Shown: positions 19,525 through 27,555, counted from the first letter of the stretch. The stretch is 59,493 nt of DNA from a virus (IMGVR_UViG_3300019458_000009:1-59493); one strand, 5' to 3'. Program-made: numbers and translations. Notes: generated by a model not told the origin, from the letters alone.

Positions 19525-20468
19525 TGAATAACGGAACGATACTTCTGGGCGGCGGCGGGTACATCGAGTACCTCCGGGAGATATCGGCCAGCTTTACGCC
19601 GGCCGACCCCGTGACGGGAAGCTGGAAGCGGTACTTCCGGGGGACGGGCCTCTACGTCGAGGAGGATACGGCCTTCCGGCAATACCGCATCCGGCTCCGG
19701 CGGGCCAATCTCGTAACGGTCAACACGACCATCGTCGACCCGACGCACGATACCGTGCAGGTCGACGCCACCTCCGGGAATATCACGATCACGCTCCCCG
19801 ACCCGTCCGACATCACCTATGGAAATCGGATGAAGGTCATCACGATCCAGAAACAGGATAGCTCCGCCAACGCCGTCATCATCGACGGGGCCGCGCTCGG
19901 GGATGCGGGGCTCGCCCAGAGGTACGTCCTCTCGAGCCAGTACCAGTCCGTCACGTTCGTGCCGTTCGTCGACGCCTCCGGCGACGGCCTCGGCTGGATC
20001 GCGGAATCGGCCGCTCCGGGCGCGGGGCCGCTCCGGGATCTCGATACCCAGGGGACGACGGCGGTCACGAGCGAAGAGGATCTCAACTCCATCGTGGTCC
20101 CGGCGCACGTCTTGAACGGGAACTTCGTCGCGTTCGACGTCGAGGTATTCGGGAGCTTCGCCAACAATACGAACACGAAGACGGCTCGTCTCAAGATCGG
20201 ATCGACCACGCTGATATCAAACGACGTGACGACCGCGCCACAGGATCTTAAGTGGATCATGAAAGCCAGGATCTACCGGACGGGCGTGAGCGCGCAGAAG
20301 GCCGTGGGGGAAATGCTGGTAGGGGCGAATCCTCAGACGGTGACGTACCAGACGCTGACGTTTACCGAAACGGCGGCGCAGACAGTGAAGGTGACGGGCC
20401 AGAACGGGACGGCGAGCGCGAACGACGTCGTATGCGAGGGCCTCATCGTGAGACCGGTTCCCTACTAA
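19524..20468 (+). CDS. Putative tail fibre/receptor-binding protein (314 aa).
   Basis: ATG 19524 overlaps the upstream TGA. The ORF-track start at 19068 would overlap the whole previous gene. This is the last structural gene before the lysis cassette. Confidence 0.5.
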   Translation: MNNGTILLGGGGYIEYLREISASFTPADPVTGSWKRYFRGTGLYVEEDTAFRQYRIRLRRANLVTVNTTIVDPTHDTVQVDATSGNITITLPDPSDITYGNRMKVITIQKQDSSANAVIIDGAALGDAGLAQRYVLSSQYQSVTFVPFVDASGDGLGWIAESAAPGAGPLRDLDTQGTTAVTSEEDLNSIVVPAHVLNGNFVAFDVEVFGSFANNTNTKTARLKIGSTTLISNDVTTAPQDLKWIMKARIYRTGVSAQKAVGEMLVGANPQTVTYQTLTFTETAAQTVKVTGQNGTASANDVVCEGLIVRPVPY

Positions 20469-20482
20469 TTTGCGGAGCAGCC

Positions 20483-20785
20483 ATGGTTAAGAAATTGGTC
20501 AACGGCAACGGCCACAACGGCTGGGGCAACTGGGTAGTTAACGCGCTGTTCGCGCTGCTCATCCTGGGGCTCGGCAAGTGGGTCGATTCACTCTCGCGCA
20601 CCAACGACGCGCTGGCCGCCGAGATCAAGGCGGCGCAGGCCATCGACTCGGCGCGCAGCGAACGGCTGGCCGTGGTGGAGACCGAGACGCGGAACACCGC
20701 GGCCCGGCTGCTGAGCATCGAGAACAAGCTGGATCTGCTCTCCAAGGAGTTCGAGGCCCTGCGCCGCGAGCTCATCAAGCGGTAG
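20483..20785 (+). CDS. Type II membrane protein with a periplasmic coiled coil, i-spanin-like or holin-accessory (100 aa).
   Basis: ATG 20483. One N-terminal TMD (WVVNALFALLILGLGKWV) is followed by a coiled coil (AAEIKAAQAIDSARSERLAVVETETRNTAARLLSIENKLDLL). Confidence 0.5.
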   Translation: MVKKLVNGNGHNGWGNWVVNALFALLILGLGKWVDSLSRTNDALAAEIKAAQAIDSARSERLAVVETETRNTAARLLSIENKLDLLSKEFEALRRELIKR

Positions 20786-20811
20786 ATCGTCTTTATTTTA
20801 AGGAGCTGGCG

Positions 20812-21138
20812 ATGAAGTGGCTGTTGGTGGCGGCGCTCGTCTGTGCCGTCGGGTGCACCACGGTCAAGGACCACCTGGATCGGGTGGAGAAGGCCGTGCG
20901 CCCCATGATCGAGCGGTGGGTCGTGGAGCACCCCGAGGAGGAGCTCTCCGACGCGGTAAAGCGGGAGCTGTACGCGGCGGCGGAGGCCCTCGTCGAGCGA
21001 GAGCTCGACCAGGAGAACGCCGAGGCGGCGGCGAAGCTGGCCGAGACGGCTGGCGCCCTGGCGACCGGCGACTACGTCGGCGGCGGGGTCGGCGTGCTGA
21101 CCCTGCTGCTCTGGTGGCTCGGAGTTCGTCGCAAGTAA
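20812..21138 (+). CDS. Lipoprotein-like protein that also has a C-terminal TMD, a unimolecular-spanin-like topology (108 aa).
   Basis: AAGGAG RBS. MKWLLVAALVCAVGC is a signal peptide plus Cys in a lipobox-like context. The C-terminus GGGVGVLTLLLWWLGVRRK looks like a membrane anchor. Confidence 0.5.
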   Translation: MKWLLVAALVCAVGCTTVKDHLDRVEKAVRPMIERWVVEHPEEELSDAVKRELYAAAEALVERELDQENAEAAAKLAETAGALATGDYVGGGVGVLTLLLWWLGVRRK

Positions 21139-21143
21139 AGGAG

Positions 21144-21416
21144 ATGACTATGGATCAAGAAACCCTGCAGCTGCTCACGGACGGCAGCGCCGTCACCGGC
21201 ATCACGGCCGTGGTCGAGTTCGTGAAGCGCACCGTCCCCAAGGCCTGGGTCAAGTACATGCCGCTGTTTGCGGTGGGCTTCGGTCAGGCATACGCGCACC
21301 TGCTGCGACCCGGCGACTCGATCGGGGCCAACGCCATGATCGGGATGCTACTGGCCATGGCCGCCGTGGGTGGCTACTCCGGAGTGAAGAACTTCTTGCA
21401 GAAGCGAAAGAAGTAA
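21144..21416 (+). CDS. Holin-like two-TMD protein (90 aa).
   Basis: AAGGAG RBS. There are two hydrophobic segments and a basic C-terminal tail (KNFLQKRKK). This is the last gene of the late operon. Confidence 0.5.
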   Translation: MTMDQETLQLLTDGSAVTGITAVVEFVKRTVPKAWVKYMPLFAVGFGQAYAHLLRPGDSIGANAMIGMLLAMAAVGGYSGVKNFLQKRKK

Positions 21417-21438
21417 GACTTCGCGGCTCCACGATCGG

Positions 21439-21480
21439 TTCGCCCGCGGGTTGCCTCACGGTGGCCCGCGGGCGAATTTG
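21439..21480 (+). terminator. Intrinsic terminator between the convergent late (+) and early (-) operons.
   Basis: A perfect 12-bp stem, TTCGCCCGCGGG (21439-21450) paired with CCCGCGGGCGAA (21465-21476), has a 14-nt loop and is followed by TTTGTAT. Confidence 0.7.
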
Positions 21481-21482
21481 TA

Positions 21483-21956
21483 TCACCGCCCCAGAACGAG
21501 CTCCACCACGAAGTCCCCGTTCGCCGCGCGTACTCGGTAGATCTCCTCAAACCCCTCCGCGAGCGCGACACCCTCGTAGGAGTTAGCTTTGCGGAATACC
21601 TCGCTCTCGGGGTAGACCTTACGCCGCCGCGCGTTGCGCTGGAGGCACTCATCCAGCCCCGTGTCGAACACGTAGGCGATCGCGCGCACATAGGGCTTGA
21701 ACAAGCCTACGGCGCGCTCGCGCGCCCGGCGCCGGTGGAACGTGCCGTCGAGCATCACACGCGAGTTGCTCGCCCGTGGGTAGTCACGCCGCTTCGCAGC
21801 CACCGCCTCCACCATCTCCCAGAAGCCCCGGTAGTCCGGGGCGAAGGCGTCGGCCTCCAGCACCACCCAGTCGACCCCGTGCTGCCGGGCGAACGTGGTC
21901 TTGCCCGCGGCCGGGAGGCCTACCAGGATCGCCAGCTGCGTGGTCACTACACCCAT
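21483..21956 (-). CDS. P-loop kinase, AAA_33/polynucleotide-kinase-like (157 aa).
   Basis: Walker A GLPAAGKTT lies near the N-terminus. The size and layout fit small nucleotide/polynucleotide kinases. Confidence 0.6.
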   Translation of the reverse strand: MGVVTTQLAILVGLPAAGKTTFARQHGVDWVVLEADAFAPDYRGFWEMVEAVAAKRRDYPRASNSRVMLDGTFHRRRARERAVGLFKPYVRAIAYVFDTGLDECLQRNARRRKVYPESEVFRKANSYEGVALAEGFEEIYRVRAANGDFVVELVLGR

Positions 21957-21957
21957 G

Positions 21958-22527
21958 TCACCGCTCCACTACCTCGAACCAGTAGATCACCCGGCATAGC
22001 GGGCACTGGGCGACGCGGTACCGGTGCAGCCCGTCGTGCGTCGCGATCTCGCGGGCCCGCAGTTCCGTGGTCAGCAACTCCTCCACGGCCCGGAGGTCCT
22101 CGTCCTGGAGGTAGATCTCCCGGGTCTGGCACCCGCATGTCACGGTCCAGGGCTCGCGCAGGTGGTCCTCCTCGAGCGCGATGCGGCCCAGCCACCGCCA
22201 GGCCGCGTCCAGCGCGCGCCCGTCGACGTAGCCCCGCTGCTCGGCCGCGACGACCAGCCACGCCGGCGGGGCCTGCGCGGCGGCGCGCTCCAGGTCGATC
22301 TCGTCGGCCCACCGGTCGTCTAGCCAGTCGTGCTTCGGCGTGACCATGGGCACGTCGTGGCACCCGCAGCGGCACCGCTCAGCTTTAAACTGCCCGTCCG
22401 GGCCGTGCGCCATCGCGATGCCCTGGAGCTCGGCGCAGTCGCGGCAGCGCCCCTGCTCGCACCACCAGCTCTTGTTTCCCTCGGCCATGGCGTTTCCCAC
22501 AGTGGAAACCGGGCTAGGGCAGCCCAA
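21958..22527 (-). CDS. Cys-rich hypothetical protein (up to 189 aa).
   Basis: TTG 22527 follows GGGGAG; ATG 22488 is the alternative start. Several CxxC/CxC pairs are present (CEQGRCRDC, CRCGC, CGC, CPLC). Confidence 0.5.
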   Translation of the reverse strand: MGCPSPVSTVGNAMAEGNKSWWCEQGRCRDCAELQGIAMAHGPDGQFKAERCRCGCHDVPMVTPKHDWLDDRWADEIDLERAAAQAPPAWLVVAAEQRGYVDGRALDAAWRWLGRIALEEDHLREPWTVTCGCQTREIYLQDEDLRAVEELLTTELRAREIATHDGLHRYRVAQCPLCRVIYWFEVVER

Positions 22528-22747
22528 GCCCCGGCTCCCCGCCCCGATTCAGCCGGCGCTCCTCCAGGCGGGCGTGCCGCACGATGTACTTCATGCCCAG
22601 CCCGACGCACTCATAGCAGAGCGCCAGCACCAGCCTGCTGTCGTGCACCACCGTGAGGGCCACCGGCACTACGCTCTCGCAGACCGTGCAGATGAATTGC
22701 TGTCCGGACGGCGGCTGGTGGCCCTGCGGGCAGTTGCAATTACCCAC
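22514..22747 (-). CDS. Zinc-ribbon-like mini-protein (77 aa).
   Basis: GGGAGGAAG RBS, then GTG 22747. Motifs CNC, CTVC and CYEC are present. Confidence 0.5.
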   Translation of the reverse strand: MGNCNCPQGHQPPSGQQFICTVCESVVPVALTVVHDSRLVLALCYECVGLGMKYIVRHARLEERRLNRGGEPGLGLP

Positions 22748-22761
22748 GCTCGCTTCCTCCC

Positions 22762-23163
22762 TTAGTCGTCGTGCGCGTCGCAGCGGGCGCGCAGCCAGAA
22801 CCGCTGCCGGATGACGCCGGGTCGACCGCACACATCGCAGGTCCGCGTCGATCGCTCCTCCGCGCCCGCGATCGCCGCGGAGATGTCGTCCGTCTCCCAG
22901 TCGCAGTACACCCGCAGGATGCCGTACTTTTCCTTAACCTGCGCGATTTGGAAAGGCGAGCCCCGCGCGAAGGTCGCGGCTTCCTCGTGCACCCGCAGGA
23001 TGGCGTCGATCCGTTCGCAGAGGTCCCACACCACCTGGAACCAGCCGTCGCCGCACTCGAAGAAAAACCCCACGGGGAACTGCTCGGCTAGGCCAAGGTG
23101 ACGATTGTCTGGACTGAAGAACTTGAACCGCTCCAGCAGCTTGCGCGTGTTCTCCGCGTTCAT
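22762..23163 (-). CDS. Conserved phage hypothetical protein with a KEKYGxLR motif and a C-terminal CxxC (133 aa).
   Basis: ATG 23163. QVKEKYGILRVYCDW...CDVCGRPG is a pattern I recognise from many phage early proteins of unknown function. Confidence 0.55.
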   Translation of the reverse strand: MNAENTRKLLERFKFFSPDNRHLGLAEQFPVGFFFECGDGWFQVVWDLCERIDAILRVHEEAATFARGSPFQIAQVKEKYGILRVYCDWETDDISAAIAGAEERSTRTCDVCGRPGVIRQRFWLRARCDAHDD

Positions 23164-23384
23164 CGCTCGTCCTCCCACTGCAGCTTCGCCTCGACGAACT
23201 TCCCGCGCGGCGCGCAACCCTCGCCGCAGGCGACCCACCGGAACGACCGGCACGCGGCCCGCACGACCGACTCGTGCGGCCCGGCGTGACCCTGGCTCAG
23301 TTCGCACTCCACGTCCAGCCCGGCGCCGCGGTAGTACTCGCTAGAGACGTACAGCTGGAACCGGCAGCGCTTATGTTGGGCCAC
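23160..23384 (-). CDS. Cys-rich mini-protein (74 aa).
   Basis: GGGAGG RBS, then GTG 23384. An ATGA overlap joins it to the downstream gene. Confidence 0.45.
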   Translation of the reverse strand: MAQHKRCRFQLYVSSEYYRGAGLDVECELSQGHAGPHESVVRAACRSFRWVACGEGCAPRGKFVEAKLQWEDER

Positions 23385-23544
23385 GGCGGCCTCCCGAGCG
23401 CGGCGCGTGCAGGTGGGCCTGACGCCACCACGACAGGCGCCGCATGAACTTCCTGGCCTCCGCGTCCGTCGTGAAATAGTGCGCGCCAGTCTGCGAGCTG
23501 CGCGGGTGGTTGACCGTGCGGTACGTGACCTTGAAGGCGTGCAC
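23371..23544 (-). CDS. Hypothetical mini-protein (57 aa).
   Basis: GTG 23544 directly follows the upstream stop at 23546. Confidence 0.4.
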   Translation of the reverse strand: MHAFKVTYRTVNHPRSSQTGAHYFTTDAEARKFMRRLSWWRQAHLHAPRSGGRRGPT

Positions 23545-23545
23545 G

Positions 23546-23794
23546 CTACCACCCGACCTTTCGCGGCGGCGCCGGCGGGAGCGTCTCCTGCAGCCAGACG
23601 CGGACCGCCTCACCCAGGCACACCACGCAGATGTGCCCGGCGTTCCAGGTCAACAGGCCGTCGCGGTTGTCGTCCACCGCCACAGACAGCTGCAGGGTGA
23701 GCGGGCGATCGCGTACGACCACGGTGCCGTCGAGCTTCGGCGCGTCGCCGGGTTTGATCTCCCGCTCGCAGTAGTCGCAAAAGGGTTTAAGCAC
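23546..23794 (-). CDS. Zinc-ribbon mini-protein (82 aa).
   Basis: AGGAGG RBS, then GTG 23794. Motifs CDYC...CVVC are present. Confidence 0.5.
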   Translation of the reverse strand: MLKPFCDYCEREIKPGDAPKLDGTVVVRDRPLTLQLSVAVDDNRDGLLTWNAGHICVVCLGEAVRVWLQETLPPAPPRKVGW

Positions 23795-23990
23795 GCCCGG
23801 CCTCCTTTTCTGGAACGGTGACCTCCACGACGTCCAGAGCCCACACCCACTCGGGCTCAACTATTTTGCCGCGCTCCGCGCAGCTAGGGTTGCGGCACCG
23901 CGTGTGCTGAAACAGCAGGCCGAGCGTGAGCTCGGCCTCCGGTAGCACAAGGCGCCAGCATTTTGGGCAGCGCGGGAGCTGGATGACCAC
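23787..23990 (-). CDS. Zinc-ribbon mini-protein (67 aa).
   Basis: AGGAGG RBS, then GTG 23990. Motifs CPKC...CRNPSC are present. Confidence 0.5.
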   Translation of the reverse strand: MVIQLPRCPKCWRLVLPEAELTLGLLFQHTRCRNPSCAERGKIVEPEWVWALDVVEVTVPEKEAGRA

Positions 23991-24238
23991 TAGTCCTCCT
24001 TGCCCTCGCAGCGCACGTGGTCGCCGCGCTTCAGCTTCTTTAGCTTGCACTGTTTCTTATCATCGTCATCTTTCTTCGGCGGACAGTCGCACTGCACGAT
24101 GACCTCGACCACCTGCTCGTTCACTACGAGCACATCGACGACTTCGTGGTAGGTCTTCTTCACCACGTAGGTGTCGTCGCCCTCGTCCCGGCAGCCGGAC
24201 GCCAACAGCAGCGCCAAGCCCAGCGTCAGTCTCTTCAC
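23990..24238 (-). CDS. Small secreted lipoprotein-like protein (82 aa).
   Basis: AAGGAG RBS, then GTG 24238. VKRLTLGLALLLASGC is a signal peptide plus Cys. The C-terminus is Lys/Asp-rich with four further Cys. Confidence 0.5.
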   Translation of the reverse strand: MKRLTLGLALLLASGCRDEGDDTYVVKKTYHEVVDVLVVNEQVVEVIVQCDCPPKKDDDDKKQCKLKKLKRGDHVRCEGKED

Positions 24239-24255
24239 GCGCGGCTCCTTAAAAG

Positions 24256-24642
24256 TCAAGTCCACAGGTACTCACGGTGCTTCACCAGCTCCAGCAGCCG
24301 GCGCTGGTCCTCGCCGGCGAGCGCGTCCTCGCGCTCCATCGACCACTGCCGCTCCAGGGCGCCGACCAGAATGGGCCGGCTGTCCTTCCACCACCAGTAG
24401 AGGTCGCGCAACGCCGTGCGCACGGCGCGGCTCGCGTGGTCGTGCGGGTCCCACATCTCCAGACCGCGCTCCACCTCCACGAAGTCCACTAGGAGCTGGA
24501 AGCACGCGTGGAGCATGAGATCGTCCTTGTCGTGGTAGTCCGGCGACAGGGAGCGAATTCGCACCACGTTGAACGGGCGGACGGCGCGATGGTAGACCCA
24601 CCACCCGGCGTGGCGCAGCTTGTGGAGCCAGCGCGCCAGCAT
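24256..24642 (-). CDS. Hypothetical protein (128 aa).
   Basis: ATG 24642 shares 1 nt with the upstream stop. Confidence 0.5.
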   Translation of the reverse strand: MLARWLHKLRHAGWWVYHRAVRPFNVVRIRSLSPDYHDKDDLMLHACFQLLVDFVEVERGLEMWDPHDHASRAVRTALRDLYWWWKDSRPILVGALERQWSMEREDALAGEDQRRLLELVKHREYLWT

Positions 24643-24785
24643 CACAACACCGCCGCGAACAGCCGATAGATGAGCCAGACCATCGTGGCCAGCATCAGCA
24701 GCGGCAGCAGAACAATCGACAACATCAGCGCGCCGGCGCACGTCGTGGCCAGGAAGTCGAAGACCCCGCGCAGCAACTTGCTCAT
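24642..24785 (-). CDS. Small membrane protein (47 aa).
   Basis: ATGA coupling at 24782-24785. There is one long hydrophobic segment (ALMLSIVLLPLLMLATMVWLIY). Confidence 0.45.
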   Translation of the reverse strand: MSKLLRGVFDFLATTCAGALMLSIVLLPLLMLATMVWLIYRLFAAVL

Positions 24786-24982
24786 CGCTCCACCTCCGCG
24801 TATACCTTCAGGATCAGTACGCTGACGAACACCGTGAGGTACAGCCAGAAGAACGCGCGGCACTGCTCCGCGGCCCGCAGGTCGTGGGTCCACCCGCCGT
24901 ACGCGTACAGCCCGGCGAGCAAGGCCAGCAGGCCCAGCGGGATCAGCCACAACCCCAGGGCGCCTCGGTACTTGCTCAGCAC
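24782..24982 (-). CDS. Small two-TMD membrane protein (66 aa).
   Basis: GGAGGTGA RBS, then GTG 24982. The long ORF to 25372 is Arg/Gly junk that overlaps the upstream gene. Confidence 0.45.
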   Translation of the reverse strand: MLSKYRGALGLWLIPLGLLALLAGLYAYGGWTHDLRAAEQCRAFFWLYLTVFVSVLILKVYAEVER

Positions 24983-25545
24983 GGCTTCACCTCCGTCGTC
25001 GGCTCCGGCTCGGCGGGCGGTGCCGCGGCCTCCGGCGCGGCTCGCTTGGCCCAGGCCGCATCGATCCGACTCATTATCGCGTCCGGGCCCTTGCCCCCGT
25101 AGCTCTCCGCCCCCATCTCTAGCAGTACCTCCTCCACGGCAGCCCGCATGGCCCGCGCGCCCATCGCCCGGCCGGCGTCGTACAGCGCCTGCACGCGCTC
25201 GAAGTCGTAGTACGCGGGCGCCCCACTCGGCTGCATCTGCATGTACGCGTGACAGCCGACGCACCGGAAGTACTGCTGCTGGGCCAGGCCGATCTTGCCC
25301 TCGGGCTCCCGCTTGTCGCGCGCGAACTGCGCCAGCGCTTTCGGCTCCAAGTGCGTCGAGCCGCACTGGCACTGCAGAAACTCCACGTGTTCTAGTGGCA
25401 CGGTAGTCACCGCGCCGTCCCGTGCGGCCGCGATACGCGCCACGGCCTGCTCTACCACGGCGTTCTGCAACTGCTTGCCGACGGCGCGCTTGGCGTCGGA
25501 TTGCAGCCGCCGCAGGTCCGCCGGCGTCATGCCTGGTTTACCCAC
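24976..25545 (-). CDS. Hypothetical protein with a central zinc ribbon (189 aa).
   Basis: GGGAGG RBS, then GTG 25545. Motifs CQCG...CVGC are present. Confidence 0.5.
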   Translation of the reverse strand: MGKPGMTPADLRRLQSDAKRAVGKQLQNAVVEQAVARIAAARDGAVTTVPLEHVEFLQCQCGSTHLEPKALAQFARDKREPEGKIGLAQQQYFRCVGCHAYMQMQPSGAPAYYDFERVQALYDAGRAMGARAMRAAVEEVLLEMGAESYGGKGPDAIMSRIDAAWAKRAAPEAAAPPAEPEPTTEVKPC

Positions 25546-25546
25546 G

Positions 25547-25852
25547 CTAGCCTCCCTTCGCTTCCTTCTTATGGACGATGAACACGAGGTCGCAGTCATC
25601 GGTGTTCAAGATCAGGGTCGCTGCGTCTAACAGCGTGGCCTGCAGCCAGGCGTCCGCGCGCGTCGGCTCCTCCGAGTTCAGCGCGGTGTACACGCCGGCG
25701 ATGAGCGTCGCCACCTCTGCCGCGATTGTCATGTGCAGATAGCAGTCGCTCTGCTGGGCCGCGCGCACGGCGTCCGACGCAGCGTTCTCCCGCCCCTGCA
25801 GGATGGCCCGTGTGATGGCCTCCCGCTTCTTTGGGTCGAGCTCGTCTGTCAC
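25547..25852 (-). CDS. Hypothetical protein (101 aa).
   Basis: GTG 25852 sits in a GTGA overlap with the upstream stop. Confidence 0.45.
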   Translation of the reverse strand: MTDELDPKKREAITRAILQGRENAASDAVRAAQQSDCYLHMTIAAEVATLIAGVYTALNSEEPTRADAWLQATLLDAATLILNTDDCDLVFIVHKKEAKGG

Positions 25853-26049
25853 AGTTCCCTCGCCTTCAGGCACCGGCACGGCACCGGCACCTTATGCTGC
25901 AGGTCGGCGTACCCAATTCGGCCGGTGCCGTAGCACCGCCGACAGTTCGCCTTCGCGGTCTTGGGCGGAATCTCGCCCGCCTCGTCGCCGACCGGGAAGC
26001 TGATCTTCGCGGGCTCGGACTTCTTATTGCTCAGCATCTCGTCGCTCAT
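25849..26049 (-). CDS. Mini-protein with a DnaJ-type CxxCxGxG motif (66 aa).
   Basis: Motifs CRRCYGTGRIG ... PCRC are present. Confidence 0.5.
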   Translation of the reverse strand: MSDEMLSNKKSEPAKISFPVGDEAGEIPPKTAKANCRRCYGTGRIGYADLQHKVPVPCRCLKAREL

Positions 26050-26272
26050 CGTCCAGCTCCTGCAGATCCCGCGCCAACCATCTCGCCCGCCGCCGCATAA
26101 ACCCAGTCGTCGAGGTCCAGCACGGCTTGATCGGCGCGCGCAACTCGCCCCGGATCCCCAGGGTGAAGCGTGGGTACTCCGAGCGGCTAATCACCAGCGG
26201 TCGCCCGCGCCGCGCCTCGCGCCGCAGCGTCCGGCAGTACAGGCACTCGCCGCACCCGTAGGCCCAGGTCAC
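26024..26272 (-). CDS. Hypothetical basic mini-protein (82 aa).
   Basis: GTG 26272 sits in a GTGA overlap. The motif CGECLYC is present. Confidence 0.4.
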   Translation of the reverse strand: MTWAYGCGECLYCRTLRREARRGRPLVISRSEYPRFTLGIRGELRAPIKPCWTSTTGFMRRRARWLARDLQELDDERRDAEQ

Positions 26273-26628
26273 GGTCCGGCCTCCATGTCCTCCAGGTAAC
26301 CGTCGCCCGCGCACACCTTGATGTTCTCGCTCACTTCAAGGTCGAACTCGATTGGGCCAACGCCGGCTGCGCCGTACTCATCGAAGATCATGATGAACAC
26401 CGTGGCGATCTTCGGCAGCCGCAGTGCCGCCAGCTCGATCCGGTCGCCGTTGACGATCCGGTAGGCCGAGCCGTTGCCCCAGTGGTACACGCTCACGAAG
26501 AACAGGTTCGGGCAGCTGTCCATCACCGCGATGGCAACCGGGCAGCGCTCGGGCCGCCGTTGCCGGCCCATCTCGATGTGGGCCTCCGTCACCTTCACCC
26601 GCCGCTTGATCCAGCGCTCCTCGACCAC
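26269..26628 (-). CDS. Hypothetical protein (119 aa).
   Basis: GGAGGT RBS, then GTG 26628, just after the upstream TAA. Confidence 0.5.
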   Translation of the reverse strand: MVEERWIKRRVKVTEAHIEMGRQRRPERCPVAIAVMDSCPNLFFVSVYHWGNGSAYRIVNGDRIELAALRLPKIATVFIMIFDEYGAAGVGPIEFDLEVSENIKVCAGDGYLEDMEAGP

Positions 26629-26630
26629 GC

Positions 26631-27542
26631 TTATACCTCCAGTTTGAACCACCGGTCCGGGCCGGTCGCCAGCACCACGCGGGACATGCCGGTCGCGACC
26701 GGGGTGTAGCCCTTCATCTCGCCGTATGAATTGTCGTACCCCAGGTAGCACCCCGTGGTCAGGAACCCCACCCGACGATAGACGGGGCGGCCGGAGCTCC
26801 ATTCGGCCCGCAGCGCGTCACTCGCGGTGCGCTTGTGGTGGTGGCCCCGCACATAGAGGTCAGCCAGGCCGATGTCGCGCTGCTTTATCACGGCCGCCAG
26901 GGCGGAGGTCGCCGCTACGCACGAACCTTCGCCGTGCATCGAGTGGAATGTGTAGGCTTGCTTGCCCGCCACGACGCGGGTCAGGGCCTGCCACCCGGCC
27001 CACTGCACCGCGGGCTTCTTCTTGAGATAGGGTTCGACGGCCTCAATGGCCTCGGCGATGTAGCCCAGCTTGGCGCGCTTCGTGGCGGGGCGGGCGTCAA
27101 ACGCCCCCTCGGCGTACCGCCGCATCAGCTTCCAGACCGAGTCAGCCACCCCGTCGCCAAAGAATAGCCGGGCGACCGTCTCCTCTAGCGTGAAGGCACC
27201 CGACTCCTTGAACGTGCGGAAGGAGTGATTGGAGTCATGCCACCAGAGCACCTTGCCCCGCTGCACGAGAGGCCGGAACAGCGTCGCCACGACGACCGCC
27301 TGCTCCATTGGGTTGAGGTAGTTCTCGTAGACGCTGCCCCCCGGCGACTGCTTGGTGCCGTTGTCACCGCTGTCTCCGAGGTTGACCAGGTAGGTATCCT
27401 CGGCCTTCAGCACGCGGTCGAAGTACTCTATGGTCTTCTCGCGCTCGTGCATGTTGTGCCCAACGTGGACGCACGAGCAAATCTCGATCGTGATCGGCGC
27501 GCCGGGCTTGCTCGGCGCCAGGGATACCTCCAGGCTGCGCAT
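26631..27542 (-). CDS. Calcineurin-like metallophosphoesterase (303 aa).
   Basis: GGAGGG RBS. The ordered metal-site-like blocks are CSCVHVGH, NLGDSGDNG, WHDSNHS, HSMHGEG and RGHHH. Confidence 0.55.
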   Translation of the reverse strand: MRSLEVSLAPSKPGAPITIEICSCVHVGHNMHEREKTIEYFDRVLKAEDTYLVNLGDSGDNGTKQSPGGSVYENYLNPMEQAVVVATLFRPLVQRGKVLWWHDSNHSFRTFKESGAFTLEETVARLFFGDGVADSVWKLMRRYAEGAFDARPATKRAKLGYIAEAIEAVEPYLKKKPAVQWAGWQALTRVVAGKQAYTFHSMHGEGSCVAATSALAAVIKQRDIGLADLYVRGHHHKRTASDALRAEWSSGRPVYRRVGFLTTGCYLGYDNSYGEMKGYTPVATGMSRVVLATGPDRWFKLEV

Positions 27543-27555
27543 GTTCTACCCTCCG

